From contig CM119265.1 in NCBI GenBank assembly GCA_051294375.1, forward strand, positions 11,595,818 through 11,659,817: DNA of 64,000 bases, written 5' to 3'. The notes under the pieces are model-generated. The model had not been told where the DNA came from and did not search any database. It was given only the letters and a program-made list of their open reading frames with translations. The translations under genes were made by a program, and so were the position numbers. Source of the DNA: Paraspadella gotoi. Its lineage: Eukaryota; Animalia; Chaetognatha. This document shows, piece after piece, positions 61,841-64,000 of this stretch (position 1 is the stretch's first letter; every line of letters begins with the position of its first letter).

Positions 61841-62452
61841 TAACTACGTTTTTAAGGTGAATGTGGGAAAGTGGGAAGTGAAAAATTCAACCAAAACTTT
61901 TCTCAATCAGTTTGATCCTTCAATTCTTGGAAAATACTGTTTTTTGAAGAAACAATCTTGTTTAAAACCCTTTTTGTGCCCCCAATACTTTGACGGTCAA
62001 AACTATCTTGAACTTATTGACCAAAAACTGATGAGGGGCAGTGTCTACGAAACGCCTTTCTTAAACCATTGATTTCTAACTGTAAAAATTACTACTTTTT
62101 AGTGTCTCGTTTGATTCTTTGGTTCATTCTTGATTTTAAAAATCGGTTTGGAATAGTTATCTCTCTGTCATTAAGCACAACGCACTGTTGCTTATTCTAT
62201 TACTTCAAAAGTTCTTTCAGAGTTTTTGAACTAATTGAGTTGAAAAATCTATTTCAACTATCGAGTTATGAAATCTACGTCAACTATTGGTTTAAAAAAA
62301 TTTGAAAATTTTTAAGCTTTTCGTAAGAAGAAATGGAGCGTAGACAGCGTCAACAGTTTTTTAAAATTTAAATCTAATCTTCTCCTTTCTCTCTTTATTT
62401 TTCTCTTTCTTTTTTTCTCTTTCTCTCTTTCTTTCTTTCTCTCGTTTGCCAG

Positions 62453-62524
62453 AACCCCTCCTCGGACTCCACTTCCGTAAATGACGCTGAAGCCGCCATC
62501 GCCATCACCGTCGCTGCCGATTAA
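62453..62524 (+). CDS. probable last coding exon of a plus-strand gene (NPSSDSTSVNDAEAAIAITVAAD*)
   Basis: Long polypyrimidine tract, tgccag acceptor, GC-rich codons, TAA, then AATAAA at ~62585; upstream exons not located. Confidence 0.5.
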   Translation, partial: NPSSDSTSVNDAEAAIAITVAAD

Positions 62525-63799
62525 TTTTAAAGAGAATCATCGGGACCGTGAATTTGCGGCGTCGACAACTTAACTTAATGTTAAAATAAAAACTTATTGA
62601 TTGTCAAAAATGCCGATGAAGAGTCGAAACATGTCCGACTAACAAATTGTCTAATTATAATTCGTTGACAAACAATTCAAAACTGTTTTTCTTTAAATAA
62701 TAATTTGAATAGTCGTCGTTTGTGTTTTGGGAGCTTAAATGATTTGAACAAAGACGACGACGACGAATATAACAACGAAAACGACGACGAAGTCTTTGTA
62801 CTTTGTGACCCGTAGTGGTCAGTAAGAATGACCGTTATGTTATGGATGACCTTTTTCAGCCTATGTAAATACGTATTTGTTGTTGTTGTTATTTTTTACC
62901 TTTTTGCTTTTTTTATAAAACTTTTTTACAACGTCTGTCTCTCTCTCTTTCTTTCTTACTTTCTCTTTCCTATTTTTTCTTTCTTTATTTCTTTTATTCT
63001 GTGTTATTTATTTTTTGGTTTATGCTTCAAATAATTCGGTAACACGCGATTTTTTTTTCAATTTTGGTTGCTTAGCAGATTTAGTAAAGTCGACAGATTT
63101 TGCGAAACAATTTTCCGCAAAATCGTGTTGACACGCGGAAAAAATGATTAAAAAATTGTCCTGATGCTTTAAGATAACGGAAAATGATGCGGTTTTTTAA
63201 GATTTAACAAGAATAATAACTAGTCCAACTAATAAAACTATAAAAACAAATAAATCTAAAGTCAAAATGAAAAATAAACTACAATCACAAAAAATCACAA
63301 ATTCAAAGACATCTTAAAAATTTTTTTTTAAGAAAACGCATAAAGCTTTTTTCTTTATATTACAGATATAATTAGCTTATCATGTGGGTAGTATTTTGCA
63401 TAAGTTTCAATTAATTTAAAGAATGTTTAGTTAGTTTAAAATGATGAAATGAAACTAACCATTTTAAAAAATTCATTGCAGACAAACGGTGAATCATTAA
63501 CAAAAATGCTTCTACCCCAGTAGAAAGAACATGAAAGCGAACCCAAAAGCAAAGTAAAAAATTTTCTTTTTCTATCTTCACCTTCAAAGTTAGTGCCAAA
63601 ACTGAAAATGGACAAAAATGGACAAGATTTTTGAAAATAAAAACTGCTTAAAAACTAACTTTACTGTATCAAATTTCTAAGGTTATGGTTTTATTTATTC
63701 GACTGTTGGGCACTCTTTGTGATATAGTCTAAAGAATTAAAAAATTATCATTCATATTTGAAGAATCAAAAGATTCAGTTCATTTCTTGACAAAAGTCA

Positions 63800-63995
63800 T
63801 TTCGTAGACACGGCCGAGGATGATTCATGATTTTTCTCTTCCTAATTTCCTCCAGCGATTAAGTTTACTTTTATCATCTGTCATTGTCTCTATATTTTCA
63901 AGGGTTTAAAATCCAATATCCTGTGTATAAGCAATGATTATGTCAGCAGCTGCCTTACTAGAAATCTCCCGATGGTCACAAACCTTACCAGTTTA
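63800..63995 (-). pseudogene. decayed DNA transposase fragment (family uncertain)
   Basis: CDHREISSKAAADII...DIGF*...DKSKLNRWR resembles a CDRygvSdRAAA...DkskirR block I recall from invertebrate transposon proteins; contains stops. Confidence 0.4.
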
Positions 63996-64000
63996 AAAAA

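Overview
AT-rich, intron-containing animal (invertebrate-like) genomic DNA, mostly nested transposon-derived repeats around GC-rich exons; it includes three N gaps. I assembled three minus-strand genes by hand. (1) The first two coding exons of an extended-PHD (zf-HC5HC2H; PHF6/PHF7/PHF11/G2E3-type) gene, joined by a GC-AG intron. (2) A complete 10-exon gene of about 820 aa with the architecture LOTUS - RRM - 5x CCHC knuckle - RRM - Pro-rich - extended Tudor (TDRD5/TDRD7/Tejas-like). (3) A 153-aa LITAF-domain gene with a possible alternative first exon. There is also an orphan plus-strand last exon near 62.5 kb. The most striking signal is a group of small non-coding LTR elements (TRIMs and solo LTRs, mostly with 4-bp TSDs; the full elements have a tRNA-Trp-type PBS). 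Their LTRs carry a type-P5 twister ribozyme fold, usually behind a tRNA-like Pol III head. The fold shows compensatory base changes across several diverged LTR families and a loop-less palindromic P1. These look like twister-based LTR retrozymes, possibly activated as dimers. Other content: Transib, hAT and Tc1-type non-autonomous elements, a 7-bp-TSD element inserted twice tail-to-tail at one site, HINE/DINE-like elements, minimal hammerhead remnants, an LTR element with a TQT-motif ORF, and a decayed LINE. All calls come from manual reading; no searches were run.
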